From positions 1 to 56,279 of the forward strand of contig JAHECN010000003.1 in NCBI GenBank assembly GCA_024641735.1: 56,279 bases of DNA, in the 5' to 3' direction. The stretch's first letter is position 1. Every line of letters starts with the position of its first letter. Source of the stretch: Gemmatimonadota bacterium. GTDB lineage: Bacteria; Gemmatimonadota; Gemmatimonadetes; Gemmatimonadales; GWC2-71-9. The notes under the pieces were generated by a model. That model did no database searches. It was given only the letters and a program-made list of their open reading frames with translations, and was not told the origin of the DNA. The position numbers and the translations under genes were made by a program. Positions 19,758 through 29,944 of the stretch are shown here, piece after piece.

Positions 19758-20969
19758 ATGCTCATCGGTGAGACGATCCGAGTCGCCTTGGCATCGATTC
19801 GCGCCAACAAGTTGCGCGCCCTCCTCACCATGCTCGGTGTGATCATCGGCGTCGCGGCCGTGATCACGGTCGTCGCGATGGGAACGGGCGCCCAGAAGGC
19901 CGTGGAAGATCGCATCAACTCCCTCGGCGCCAACCTGGTGCTGGTCACGGGTGGACAGTCGATGAGTCGTGGCGTGGCCGGCCAAAACCGCTCCGCACTC
20001 TACGTGTCGGACTACGAGGCCGTGCGTCGCGAAGTCGCGTCCGTGTCCGAAGTTGTTCCTGAGCTGGAGAGTGGCCAACAGGTTCAACTCGGCAACACCA
20101 ACATCCGCTCCAGCATTGTTGGGACCACGGCGAACTATATCGTGGCACGGAATTACACGCTCACCCACGGACGGATGTTCACCGATGGCGAGGATGCCGC
20201 TCGGAAGCTCTATGCCGTGGTTGGAGCGGACGTCCCGAAGATGTTGGGGGTCAACGACGCCGCCTTGGTCGGACAGGAGATTCTGATCCGCAAACTGCGC
20301 TTCGAGGTCATCGGGGTGCTCAGCCCCAAAGGCGCACAGGGATGGCAGAACCCTGATGAACAGATCCTGATTCCGCTCGCGTCGGCACGCTACCGTGTCT
20401 TTGGGACCGACCGCCTCCGCACCATCGCCTTGGTGGTCCGCGATGGCGTCCCGATGGAACGTGGCATTGTCGAGATTGAGCGGGTGATGCGACGGGAGCA
20501 CAAGATGCGTGTCGGCGCCAGTAATGACTTCTCGATCGTCACACCGAAGGAGTTTCTGGCCACGCAGCAGCAGACGTCCGAGACATTCTCCCTGCTCCTG
20601 CTCTCGATCGCTGGTGTTTCCCTGCTCGTCGGCGGCATCGGCATCATGAATATCATGCTGGTCTCGGTGACAGAGCGAACCAAGGAAATCGGTATCCGGA
20701 AGTCGCTCGGCGCGACCAAGGCGACCATCATGGGCCAGTTCCTGATCGAGGCGCTGGTGCTCTGCCTTGCGGGTGGCCTGATCGGCATCGTGCTCGGCTG
20801 GGGCGCCTCGTCCCTCGTGGCACAGAAGCTCGGCTGGAACACGGTGATTTCGCCAGTTGCCGTCGGCGTGGCATTCGCCTTCTCGGCGCTGGTGGGGCTC
20901 TTCTTCGGTCTCTGGCCGGCCCGGCGGGCTGCGCGGTTGGATCCGATTCAGGCGCTGCGCTACGAGTGA
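19758..20969 (+). CDS. MacB-type ABC permease
   Basis: LTMLGVIIGV, GGIGIMNIMLVSVTERTKEIGIR and DPIQALRYE motifs. Confidence 0.95.
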   Translation: MLIGETIRVALASIRANKLRALLTMLGVIIGVAAVITVVAMGTGAQKAVEDRINSLGANLVLVTGGQSMSRGVAGQNRSALYVSDYEAVRREVASVSEVVPELESGQQVQLGNTNIRSSIVGTTANYIVARNYTLTHGRMFTDGEDAARKLYAVVGADVPKMLGVNDAALVGQEILIRKLRFEVIGVLSPKGAQGWQNPDEQILIPLASARYRVFGTDRLRTIALVVRDGVPMERGIVEIERVMRREHKMRVGASNDFSIVTPKEFLATQQQTSETFSLLLLSIAGVSLLVGGIGIMNIMLVSVTERTKEIGIRKSLGATKATIMGQFLIEALVLCLAGGLIGIVLGWGASSLVAQKLGWNTVISPVAVGVAFAFSALVGLFFGLWPARRAARLDPIQALRYE

Positions 20970-20970
20970 A

Positions 20971-21062
20971 GAGAAAGGAGAAAGGAGAAAGGAGAAAGGA
21001 GAGAAGAGGGCCCGCAGTGTGGCTTCCTCCTCTCTCCTTCCTCTTTTCTCCTCTCTCCTTCT
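20971..21062. repeat. (GAGAAAG)n purine tract followed by a complementary pyrimidine tract
   Basis: GAGAAAG x4 then CTTCCTCCTCTCTCCTTCCTCTTTTCTCCTCTCTCCTT; imperfect inverted repeat, possible terminator. Confidence 0.75.
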
Positions 21063-21076
21063 ACTATCTTCTCCGG

Positions 21077-23368
21077 ATGACGAAACCCCTCTTCGCCCTG
21101 CTGCTCGCCCCCGTCCTCCTCGCCGCCCAGACCCCACAGTCCGTCGTCCCTCCCCGGGTCGAGGCGACGGTCGTGATCGATGGCCGGTTGGATGAGGCCG
21201 TCTGGCGCCAGGCCGCGCGGCTGGATGGGTTCCGGCAGTATCAACCGGTCGACAGCCGGCCCGCCGAGGATTCGACGGTGGTGTTGGTCTGGTATTCCCC
21301 CAACGCGATCCACTTTGGAATCACGGCGTATGACCGGGTGCCGGAGGCGGTGCGCGCGACAGTGTCGGACCGTGACAATGTCAGCAATGACGACCTCGTC
21401 ACCATTTTTCTCGACACCTTCAATGACCGGCGACGGGCGTACTTCTTCGGGGTGAATCCCTATGGGGTTCAGGACGACGGGGTCCGCAGCGAGGGTGGCT
21501 TCTCAGTCGGCAGCGGCATGTCGGGAAGCATCGACCGGAGCCCCGACTTCCTCTGGGAGAGCAAGGGGATGAAGACGAGCTTCGGATGGGTGGCAGAAAT
21601 CCGGATTCCCTTCAAATCGCTCCGCTGGGGCGGGGGCAACGACCTGACGTGGGGGATGAACGTCTCCCGGACGACACGGCGGACCGGATACGAGGACACC
21701 TGGACCGATGTGCGCCGGGCGAATGCGTCCTTTCTGGGACAGGCCGGGACGATCACCGGCATTCATGACATTCATCGCGGCGTGGTCACCGAGCTGCAGC
21801 CCACGCTGACCGCCGCGTTGCCAGGCACCCGTCTCCCGGACGGCTCCTTCGATCGCGGGGACCCGAAGTTTGAAGTGGGTGGCAATGTCCGGCTGGGGTT
21901 CACGCAGCTCACCCTGGACGGCACGATCAATCCGGACTTCTCACAGGTGGAGTCGGACGCCGGGCTGGTCACCATCAACGAACGCTTTGCGCTGCAGTTT
22001 CCAGAACGGCGCCCCTTCTTTCTGGAAGGGATTGACCTCTTCGCGTCACCGAACAATCTGGTGTACACACGCTCCATCGCGAACCCGCTTGCCGGCGCCA
22101 AGGTGACAGGCAAGTTCGGCTCGTGGAGTGTGGCCCATCTCACGGCGCTTGACGAATTCGGTCAGGCACGCGATGGCGGCGTGACCAGCGACACGCGAGG
22201 CATCGCCAACATGACCCGGGTCCGGCGTGACATCGGGAGCAATTCCGTGGCCGGATTGACGTTCACGAACCGTGATGAAGACGGGGACTTCAACCGTGTC
22301 CTGTCAGCGGACACGCGCGTGGTTTTCTCCAAGCTCTACTACTTCCAGGCGCAAGTTGGGGCGTCGATCACGCGCGATGGACGGGATGACGACTGGCGGA
22401 CCGACCCCATTTGGGAAATGGAAGTGGATCGCACCGGCCGTGCGCTCGGGTTCAACTACAAGCTGACCGGAATCGGCGACGATTTCGAAACGTGGAGCGG
22501 CTTCGTCAATCGGACCGGCATCGTGACGGCACGGGGATTCAACCGCTACCGCACCTATGGGAGCAGGGGCGCGTTGATCGAAGAGGCGACGATTTTTGGG
22601 GGCGGTTCACGGATCTACAAGTACGGCGAGGTCGGCGGACGGGCACTCGAGGGAACCAACGAGCTCAACCTCTCCACCAAGCTGCGCGGTGGATGGAGCG
22701 TCAGCGGGCAGCTCGGATTGGGGTTCGTACGATTCGATCCCGCGTTCTATGGCAACTACACCACGGGCAGCACGACCCAGCCCGCCCCCTTCGCGTTGGC
22801 GTCGGGAGTCTTCGATGCGACGTCGGGCAACGTGAGCGTGACGACGCCAACATGGAGACTCTGGCAGGGAACGTTCAAGGTGACCCGGGGGGCTGCGACG
22901 ATCTTCCCTGAGGCCGCTGAGGGTGTCTCGACGTCGGTCACCGGATCGGTGACGCTGCGACCGTCGCCTGCCGTGCGCGTCTTCGGGACCGTGGCCGTCC
23001 AGAAACTCGACCGCGCGCGCGATGGCAGCGAGTTCGGGAGAACGATGCTGCCGCGCCTGAAGGTGGAGTATCAGCCGAACCGCTCGCTCTTCTTCCGGTT
23101 GGTGAGCGAGTATCGGAGCGAACGTCGCTCCGCCCTGACGGATCCGACAAGTGGGCTGGCCATTCTGGTGAATGGCGCAGCCGTACCGGCGCGCCAGACG
23201 GACCAGCTCCGCGTCGACTGGCTCGCGTCCTATGAGCCGACGCCGGGCACGGTCGCCTTTCTGGGGTACGGTTCAACGTTGCGTGGGGAACGGCCATTGA
23301 CCTTCCGAGCCCTGGAGCGGACAACGGATGGCTTCTTCGTGAAGCTGGCCTACTTGTTCCGGAAGTAA
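21077..23368 (+). CDS. CBM9-like / DUF5916 outer membrane protein
   Basis: Signal peptide, IDGRLDEAVW, LDTFND, EIRIPFKSLR, INPDFSQVESD and ERRPFFLEG motifs; aromatic C-terminus. Confidence 0.85.
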   Translation: MTKPLFALLLAPVLLAAQTPQSVVPPRVEATVVIDGRLDEAVWRQAARLDGFRQYQPVDSRPAEDSTVVLVWYSPNAIHFGITAYDRVPEAVRATVSDRDNVSNDDLVTIFLDTFNDRRRAYFFGVNPYGVQDDGVRSEGGFSVGSGMSGSIDRSPDFLWESKGMKTSFGWVAEIRIPFKSLRWGGGNDLTWGMNVSRTTRRTGYEDTWTDVRRANASFLGQAGTITGIHDIHRGVVTELQPTLTAALPGTRLPDGSFDRGDPKFEVGGNVRLGFTQLTLDGTINPDFSQVESDAGLVTINERFALQFPERRPFFLEGIDLFASPNNLVYTRSIANPLAGAKVTGKFGSWSVAHLTALDEFGQARDGGVTSDTRGIANMTRVRRDIGSNSVAGLTFTNRDEDGDFNRVLSADTRVVFSKLYYFQAQVGASITRDGRDDDWRTDPIWEMEVDRTGRALGFNYKLTGIGDDFETWSGFVNRTGIVTARGFNRYRTYGSRGALIEEATIFGGGSRIYKYGEVGGRALEGTNELNLSTKLRGGWSVSGQLGLGFVRFDPAFYGNYTTGSTTQPAPFALASGVFDATSGNVSVTTPTWRLWQGTFKVTRGAATIFPEAAEGVSTSVTGSVTLRPSPAVRVFGTVAVQKLDRARDGSEFGRTMLPRLKVEYQPNRSLFFRLVSEYRSERRSALTDPTSGLAILVNGAAVPARQTDQLRVDWLASYEPTPGTVAFLGYGSTLRGERPLTFRALERTTDGFFVKLAYLFRK

Positions 23369-23402
23369 TCTGGTCTGACGTGGACGTTCGGACGTGACGC
23401 CG

Positions 23403-23807
23403 TCAGTTGGCCTGTGCGGCAAGCTGTGAGCCACGCAAGCGGACATCGATCCGGCAGATATGACTGACCAACCAATTGTCGATCGTGTTCACCAGTCGGC
23501 GTGCCTGCGATTCGTGGTAGCCATGCTCGGCAAAATGTTCCCGAAAGGTCGCCAGGAGTGACATGAAGCCGACGTGGGCTTCCTTGTTCTCGGTCGCCAC
23601 GGGACAGTTTGCACGGTGCATGCACCCCTCCTCGACGGAGAAGTGCATCCGGACGTAAAGGTCCAGCGAGTCGAGCAGCGAGCCGAACACCGCCACGCCA
23701 CGCCCCTCATCGAGCGCCGACCGGAAATCGTCCGCCAACTGAAAGATCAGTTTGTGCTGGGTGTCGATTTGCTCATTGCCAGTGCTGAAACGGTCGGACC
23801 ATTCCAT
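23403..23807 (-). CDS. single-domain bacteriohemerythrin
   Basis: MEWSDRFSTG..IDTQH, HFSVEE and WLVSHICRID motifs; ATG at 23807. Confidence 0.88.
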   Translation of the reverse strand: MEWSDRFSTGNEQIDTQHKLIFQLADDFRSALDEGRGVAVFGSLLDSLDLYVRMHFSVEEGCMHRANCPVATENKEAHVGFMSLLATFREHFAEHGYHESQARRLVNTIDNWLVSHICRIDVRLRGSQLAAQAN

Positions 23808-23959
23808 TGGGGCGCTCGTGCGGTGAGGGTCAGGAATAATACCCTGAAGGGGTGACTTCGCGGTCCCCCCTCCTTCCGCTTTCCCTCGCCTCCGCACACC
23901 TTCGATGGAGCCATTGGCTCCTGCCATCCTTCGCCCCGCCATTCCTCAGGACCATCTGC

Positions 23960-25504
23960 ATGAGAAATCCAATCCGCCGTGCCCTGCTCGCCATGACCCT
24001 CCTCGGCACGATGGCGATGTCTGGACTTCCCGACCCGGTCGATTGGGTCATGGTCGCCAAGATCCGCGAGGAAGGATTGCAGCGCTCCCAGGTCATGGAG
24101 TTCGAGAGTCACATGGCCGACGTCCTCGGTGCCCGGTTGACGCTCTCCCAAGACATGAAGCGGGCACAGGGCTGGGCCACGGCCGTGATGGCGAAGATCG
24201 GCCTGGTGAATGTGGTGTCCGAGCCCTTCATGGAGTACGGGACCACCTGGGACAACGAGTATGTCTCCGTCCACCTGCTCGAACCCGACTACACCCCGAT
24301 GGTTGGCTACCCGCTGAGTCACACGCCGGGGAGTGCGGGGAAGCAGGTCGCCGAGGCGGTGATCGTCGACCTTCAGGTGAAGGGAGATCTGGATCGCTTC
24401 CGCGGCAAGTTGGCCGGGAAGGCGATCCTGAGCACGCCGCCAGCCGTGATTGACATGACGCCGTTGGTCAACGGATCGCAGCGTCGCACCGACGCGGAGC
24501 TGGAAGCGTTGGAGCGCATCGTGATTGTGCCGACGCGGCCCGCGGCGCCACGGACGCCGCGCAACCCCGAGGTGCTCTCTGCCGTCGAGAAGATGAACTT
24601 CTTCAAGGCCGAGGGCGTGGCGGCGGTGCTGCAATCGGAGAGCGGCTGGCTCGGCGCGGTACGCGGCTTCGCGCGGCCCGGTGCCACGGCCGATCGGTGG
24701 TCGCGCGCGGGAACCCTCGCGGCGCCAGTGATGATCGCGATCACCCCAGAGCACTACAATCGGATGTACCGCATCGCATCGCACGGGATTCCCGTGAAGG
24801 TGGAGTTTGAAGTGCGCAACCGAATCGGCGAGCAGGTCGAACAGGCCGTCAACATTCTTGGTGAAATTCCGGGGAGCGATCTCAAGGGCGAGGTCGTGAT
24901 GATCGGCGCCCATTTCGACAGCTGGCACGCTTCACCGAATGCGACGGACAACGCTTCGGGCGTCGCGGTAATGCTCGAGGCGATGCGGATCCTGAAGGCG
25001 GTGGATGCCAAGCCGCGCCGGACCATTCGGATTGCCCTCTGGAGCGGCGAGGAACAGGGCCTCTGGGGCTCCCGCAGCTATGTCCGGAAGCACTTCGGTG
25101 ACCCGCGGGATCCGAAGGTCGGCGTGACGAAGGACTACGAGAAACTCTCCGCCTATTTCAACCAGGACTATGGCCCCGGTCAATATCGCGGCATCTACTT
25201 GCAGGGGAACGAGTTCGCGCGGGCGAGGCTGACGTCCTGGATGGCACCATTCAAGGACTTCGGCATGACGATGGTCTCCAACCAGAGCCTCGGCAGTACC
25301 GATCACGTGGCCTTCGATGAAGTCGGGCTACCCGGCTTTCAATTCCTGCAGGACCGGATTCCCGGGGGCGGCGGGCACACCAATCTCGACTTCCTCGACA
25401 CGGTCGTGCCGGAAGATCTGATGAAGAACGCCGTCGTGGTGGCCTCCTATGCCTGGCACGCGGCCATGAGCGACGAACGGATTCCCCGGAAAACTCTCAA
25501 GTAA
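23960..25504 (+). CDS. M28 family exported peptidase with PA-like insert
   Basis: GAHFDSWH, ATDNASG, WSGEEQGL, STDH and HT motifs; signal peptide. Confidence 0.92.
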   Translation: MRNPIRRALLAMTLLGTMAMSGLPDPVDWVMVAKIREEGLQRSQVMEFESHMADVLGARLTLSQDMKRAQGWATAVMAKIGLVNVVSEPFMEYGTTWDNEYVSVHLLEPDYTPMVGYPLSHTPGSAGKQVAEAVIVDLQVKGDLDRFRGKLAGKAILSTPPAVIDMTPLVNGSQRRTDAELEALERIVIVPTRPAAPRTPRNPEVLSAVEKMNFFKAEGVAAVLQSESGWLGAVRGFARPGATADRWSRAGTLAAPVMIAITPEHYNRMYRIASHGIPVKVEFEVRNRIGEQVEQAVNILGEIPGSDLKGEVVMIGAHFDSWHASPNATDNASGVAVMLEAMRILKAVDAKPRRTIRIALWSGEEQGLWGSRSYVRKHFGDPRDPKVGVTKDYEKLSAYFNQDYGPGQYRGIYLQGNEFARARLTSWMAPFKDFGMTMVSNQSLGSTDHVAFDEVGLPGFQFLQDRIPGGGGHTNLDFLDTVVPEDLMKNAVVVASYAWHAAMSDERIPRKTLK

Positions 25505-25517
25505 CCTGGAGCTGACC

Positions 25518-26810
25518 ATGTCGTCACGGCGTCATTTTGTTCGCAACATGATCGGGGTTGGGGCGGCATTGCCCGTGTTCCGCCACGATGCCATGCGTCA
25601 GGTCGTGCGCGCCACCGATCGATTGACGAGCGCCGACCCGCTCCGCGCCGCTGAGGACGAGGCCTACTGGACCGAGATCCAGCGCGCCTTCGATGCGGAT
25701 CGCACGATGGTCAACCTCAACAACGGTGGCGTCTGTCCATCGCCGACGCACGTGCTGGAGGCGATGATCCGCGATCTCCGCTTCAGCAACGAATTGCCGG
25801 TGGTGCACATGTGGTCGGTGCTGGAGCCGCGCATCGAAAGCGTGCGGCGGGATCTGGCGCACGACTTTGGATGCGACCCAGAGGAGATGGCGATCACCCG
25901 CAACGCCTCCGAGGCACTCGAGACGTTGATCCTCGGCAAAGACCTGAAGCCCGGCGACGAGGTGCTGGTCACCAATCAGAATTACGGTCGGATGCTGACG
26001 ACATGGGAACAGCGGGTGCGGCGCGAGGGGATCGTGCTGAAGCAGGTCTCGTTTGACGTCAAGAATCCGTCCGTGGACTATCTCGTCAATGTCTTCCGCA
26101 AGGCGATCACGCCGAAGACCAAGATCCTCGAGGTCACCCACATCACCAATCTCACCGGACAGATCTTCCCGGTGCGTCAGGTGGTGGAGATGGCACACGA
26201 GCACGGCGTGGAAGTCTTCGTGGATGGGGCGCACGCCTACGCGCACTTCCCTTTCATGCGAGACGACTTGAAGGTCGACTACTATGGCACGTCGCTCCAC
26301 AAGTGGCTCCTCGCGCCGATTGGCACGGGATTCCTCTATGTGCGGAAGGAGAAGATCGGCGGGCTCTGGCCGATGATGGCCGCGCCGGAGAAGATGAACG
26401 ACAACATTCGGAAGTATGAGGAGATCGGCACGCACCCCGCCGCCAATCACAACGCCATTTCGGCGGCGCTCGCCTTCCATCGTGGTATCGGCAGCGAGCG
26501 GAAGATCGAGCGGCTGCGCTATCTCCGGAATCGGTGGGCCAAGCGACTGCTGGCGGAGAGTTCACGCGTGCACGTGCCAACCCCGCTGGAGGGGACCACG
26601 TCGGGCGCGATTGCCCTGCTGAGTGTCGATGGGATCGAGGCGAGCAAGCTCTCGGCCTGGTTGCTCGAGAAGCACCGCGTGGTGACCGTGGCGATCAACC
26701 ACGCGGAGTTCTCCGGGATTCGGGTGACCCCGAACGTCTATACGACGCCCGATGAGATCGACGTGTTCGCCGATCTCATCGGGAAGGCGATCAAGTACGG
26801 GATCGCCTGA
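25518..26810 (+). CDS. class V PLP-dependent aminotransferase (isopenicillin N epimerase-like), Tat signal
   Basis: SRRHF Tat motif, LNNGG, VDGAH and SLHKWL (PLP lysine). Confidence 0.88.
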   Translation: MSSRRHFVRNMIGVGAALPVFRHDAMRQVVRATDRLTSADPLRAAEDEAYWTEIQRAFDADRTMVNLNNGGVCPSPTHVLEAMIRDLRFSNELPVVHMWSVLEPRIESVRRDLAHDFGCDPEEMAITRNASEALETLILGKDLKPGDEVLVTNQNYGRMLTTWEQRVRREGIVLKQVSFDVKNPSVDYLVNVFRKAITPKTKILEVTHITNLTGQIFPVRQVVEMAHEHGVEVFVDGAHAYAHFPFMRDDLKVDYYGTSLHKWLLAPIGTGFLYVRKEKIGGLWPMMAAPEKMNDNIRKYEEIGTHPAANHNAISAALAFHRGIGSERKIERLRYLRNRWAKRLLAESSRVHVPTPLEGTTSGAIALLSVDGIEASKLSAWLLEKHRVVTVAINHAEFSGIRVTPNVYTTPDEIDVFADLIGKAIKYGIA

Positions 26811-29726
26811 TTACTTCGGCTCCCGCATCGTCTCCTTGGCGATGAAGGGCACGCCATCGGTCATCCATTTCGGAGCGGGCACACCCTTCAGGTAGTGATC
26901 GAAGAACTGGAAGTAGCGAATCGTGAGATCCTTCCGGTTTGCCAGGCCACGCAGGCCATGCCCCTCGCCGGGGTAGGCGAGCATGATGGCGTTCTTCCCG
27001 TTGAACCGAAGGGCGTTGTAGAAGTTCATCCCTTCTGTGAAGGAGACGGTCGGGTCGGCGGTGCCGTGCATGATCAGGAACGGGACCGTCACGTCCGGCA
27101 CGTGCGTCAGTGCTGATTCGTAGTGGTACACCTCGGGCTTCTCCCAGGGTGAGAAGCCCCAACGACCCTGACCATACATGTAGTAGCCGTTGCCGTTGGC
27201 GCCGCTCCCACCGCTCACCTGATAGGTCCAGCCCCAGCTCTGCGAGAAGTCCGAGTAGAGGTCGGTCACGCCGGCCCCCATGCCCACCGCGGCAAAGAGC
27301 TTGGAGCGGGTGCCGATGAACGCCGCCCCCTCGCCGCCGTAGCTATGGCCATGCACGCCGATGTGCTTCGGGTCGGCGTACCCCATCGCAATCACCTTCT
27401 CGGTCGCCGCTTCGACGGCGTCGAGCATGTCCGAGTGCGACGAGCCGGTGTGGAAGAAGACATCCGGGAGCATGGTGATGTAGCCGCGGCTAGTGGCCTC
27501 GATCGGGATCGATCCCATCCCGGTGATGAAGGAGGGCATCGGATACCGATTCGCCGTCTGCGAATTCTTCTCATAGAAGGTGACGATCATCGGACGCTTC
27601 TCCCCCGCCTTGTAGTCGTCCGGCAACGCGAGGATCCCCTGCAGCGAGTCGCCGCGACGGGTCACGTAGTCGAATACCACGCGGCGTCCCCACTGGTACT
27701 CGGCGCGCTGGGGGTTGATGTCGGTGATCTGCGTCGCGTCGGCGAAATTGCGACCCGAGATGCGCAGGTCCGGGAAGTCCACGAAGCTCTGGCGAGTGAA
27801 GAGGAAACGGTCACTCTTGTCCGCACGGCTCGGCGTGCTGTAGGCCGCGTCATCAAGAACGAGCTGGGTCATCTGCCCGTTGGCCAGTCGATAGAAGCCG
27901 CCCTTCTTGGAAAACTCGCCGTACGCCGAGAGCGTGATTGGCTTGGCCAGGTCGATCTCGGCGCGGAGCCGCGCACCGCTCCGGACGGTGGAGTCCATCT
28001 GTTCCGTGCGGATCTGGCGCAGGACGATCTTCTCCCGCGCACCGACTCCCAGTGTCACGTTGCGGGCAGGCGCGCCGTCGAGCGGCAGTGCCCAGAGGTC
28101 AAACCGACTCTGCGCGATCACCGCACTGCCATCGCTGCTCCACCCGGCGATGCCATAAGACGGGCGCGGTCCCGGGTTGTCGAATTCCTGATTCGCGAAG
28201 ATGGATCCACTCCCTGGCGCGAGCGCACGCGAGGTCATGGCGGCGAGGGTGTAGGCCTGCCACGCCCCGTCCTTCCAGTAGAGGAACGTCCGGCCATCCG
28301 GAGAGATCCCTTCGATGAAGCGCCCCGTGAGCATTTCCTTGAACATCAGCGTGCGTTCGCCGGTCAGGAGATTGACGCGGTAGATATCTGCAGTGGCCGG
28401 CTTGTAGTCGGAGATGTACGGCATCGGATTCTGGCCAACCGCCCAGGTGCCGGTCAACGGCAACTCGATTTCCCGCATCCCGGAATCGGTCAGGGTGATG
28501 TATTTCCGCCCGGCCACGTCGAAGGCCTGGCGGAACGTGCGATTGCGTTCGCCTTCGATGCCAATCATCTGGGCGGATTGAATCCGCTCGTCCTGCGTCC
28601 GCCAGACATCGACGTCCGCGATGGAGTCGGTGCTCTTCTTCTTGGCCGTGTCGGGTGCCGCGGTCTGCGGCATGATGCCGAGGAAGAGGAGCCTGCCGTC
28701 ATCACTCCAGGAGAGGGAGCTCCGCTCGCTGATCACGAATCCTTTCGGGAAGCCGGAGGCCGTAGGATCCAGGAGTGTTGGCGCGCGCGTCGGGGCGGCC
28801 AGCGCCGTGGCGATGTCGGCAAAGACGATCAGCGTGTTGTCACGGTCGCGCATCTTCTCGACCGCGTGCCCCTTCAGGATCGCGAGCCCGGTGCCGCGCG
28901 CATTCCACGCCAGACTGGCGTAGCGGAGCGAATCGTTGTCGAGCACATCCGATCGACCGTTGCGAAGATTGATCAAGAAGAGGCCGTTGCCGTCACGAAC
29001 CGCGGCGTCCACGGTGTAGGCGAGGAGGTCGCCGGCGCGATTGAACTCGGCGTCACCCATACTTCCCAAGAACTGACTGCGTCCGGTCGCGAGTTCGTGC
29101 AGGACGGCATCGACACCACGTGCGGCATTTGGCCCGGCCGGTGCGCTGGCTGCTCCACCACTCCCTCCACTGCTCGCCCCACTCCCCGCAGGATTACGCC
29201 GCAGCAGCAGGTGGCTCGACGTCGGCGAGAAGCGCGCCGATTGCACGTTCTGCCACACCCGAAGTTTGCCGGTCGCGAGTTCACGCAATTCCCAGCGCTT
29301 CGGTTCCTGCTTGGGAGCGGCGGCCGCGCCGCGCCCATTCGCTGGGGCCGCCGCGATGCCGGGCGCGGCAGGCGCTGCCGTGCTGTCCGCCGCCGCACCT
29401 CGACCGCCTTTCGCGGGCGGTGGCGGCTCCACCTGATAGGCCACCCACCGGGAGTCCGGCGAGAAAATCGCCGTCGTCACGTGCGGGACCTCGACCTCTT
29501 GGTTGGTGGTGAGGTTCCGCAGGTGCAGCACTGGCTTCGCGTCCGGCGTCAGCGTGTTGGCGAAGCGCACGATGTAGCTGGCCCAATTGCCATCTGGCGA
29601 CAGGTCCGCGCCGCCGATCGTCCGCCATTTGGTGTAGTCGTCGGTGGACAGGACTTTCTTGGTCTGTGCGGCCGCAGGGGCGACGGCCAGGAGCACGAGC
29701 AGGGCGAGGGAACGGAGACGGAGCAT
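26811..29726 (-). CDS. S9 family (prolyl oligopeptidase/DPP-like) peptidase
   Basis: Signal peptide, beta-propeller with SPDG repeats, GHSYGG nucleophile, HGTAD and GEGH; ATG at 29726. Confidence 0.92.
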   Translation of the reverse strand: MLRLRSLALLVLLAVAPAAAQTKKVLSTDDYTKWRTIGGADLSPDGNWASYIVRFANTLTPDAKPVLHLRNLTTNQEVEVPHVTTAIFSPDSRWVAYQVEPPPPAKGGRGAAADSTAAPAAPGIAAAPANGRGAAAAPKQEPKRWELRELATGKLRVWQNVQSARFSPTSSHLLLRRNPAGSGASSGGSGGAASAPAGPNAARGVDAVLHELATGRSQFLGSMGDAEFNRAGDLLAYTVDAAVRDGNGLFLINLRNGRSDVLDNDSLRYASLAWNARGTGLAILKGHAVEKMRDRDNTLIVFADIATALAAPTRAPTLLDPTASGFPKGFVISERSSLSWSDDGRLLFLGIMPQTAAPDTAKKKSTDSIADVDVWRTQDERIQSAQMIGIEGERNRTFRQAFDVAGRKYITLTDSGMREIELPLTGTWAVGQNPMPYISDYKPATADIYRVNLLTGERTLMFKEMLTGRFIEGISPDGRTFLYWKDGAWQAYTLAAMTSRALAPGSGSIFANQEFDNPGPRPSYGIAGWSSDGSAVIAQSRFDLWALPLDGAPARNVTLGVGAREKIVLRQIRTEQMDSTVRSGARLRAEIDLAKPITLSAYGEFSKKGGFYRLANGQMTQLVLDDAAYSTPSRADKSDRFLFTRQSFVDFPDLRISGRNFADATQITDINPQRAEYQWGRRVVFDYVTRRGDSLQGILALPDDYKAGEKRPMIVTFYEKNSQTANRYPMPSFITGMGSIPIEATSRGYITMLPDVFFHTGSSHSDMLDAVEAATEKVIAMGYADPKHIGVHGHSYGGEGAAFIGTRSKLFAAVGMGAGVTDLYSDFSQSWGWTYQVSGGSGANGNGYYMYGQGRWGFSPWEKPEVYHYESALTHVPDVTVPFLIMHGTADPTVSFTEGMNFYNALRFNGKNAIMLAYPGEGHGLRGLANRKDLTIRYFQFFDHYLKGVPAPKWMTDGVPFIAKETMREPK

Positions 29727-29741
29727 GGCGGGCCTGACGGA

Positions 29742-29802
29742 GAGTCGTGAGTGGGGAGTCGTGAGTCGTGAGTGGTCGTAGGTTGTAGGTCGTAGGTCGT
29801 AA
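29742..29802. repeat. tandem heptamer repeats (GAGTCGT then GGTCGTA)
   Basis: gagtcgt-gagtggg-gagtcgt-gagtcgt-gagt-ggtcgta-ggttgta-ggtcgta-ggtcgta, just 5' of the S9 peptidase start. Confidence 0.8.
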
Positions 29803-29944
29803 GAATCTACCCTGCGAATCGGGTTGGGGGACGGATCGAGCAATGCTGACCGTGCCCCGACCTGGGGAGGGATCCAGTGGGTACGAGCACGGTCGACGCG
29901 TTGCGAGAACAACCCCCGACTCGATTCGCTGACGCAAGATCAGG

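Noticed and set aside
20966-21076. N-terminal extension MKRKEKGERRKERR... of the DUF5916 ORF (likewise extensions at 11786 and 29912)
   Set aside because: These are translations of intergenic heptamer repeats; real starts with signal peptides or family N-termini lie downstream.
29742-29802. Repeat tracts as a possible CRISPR array
   Set aside because: Units are 7 bp with no unique spacers, and there are no cas genes in the window.
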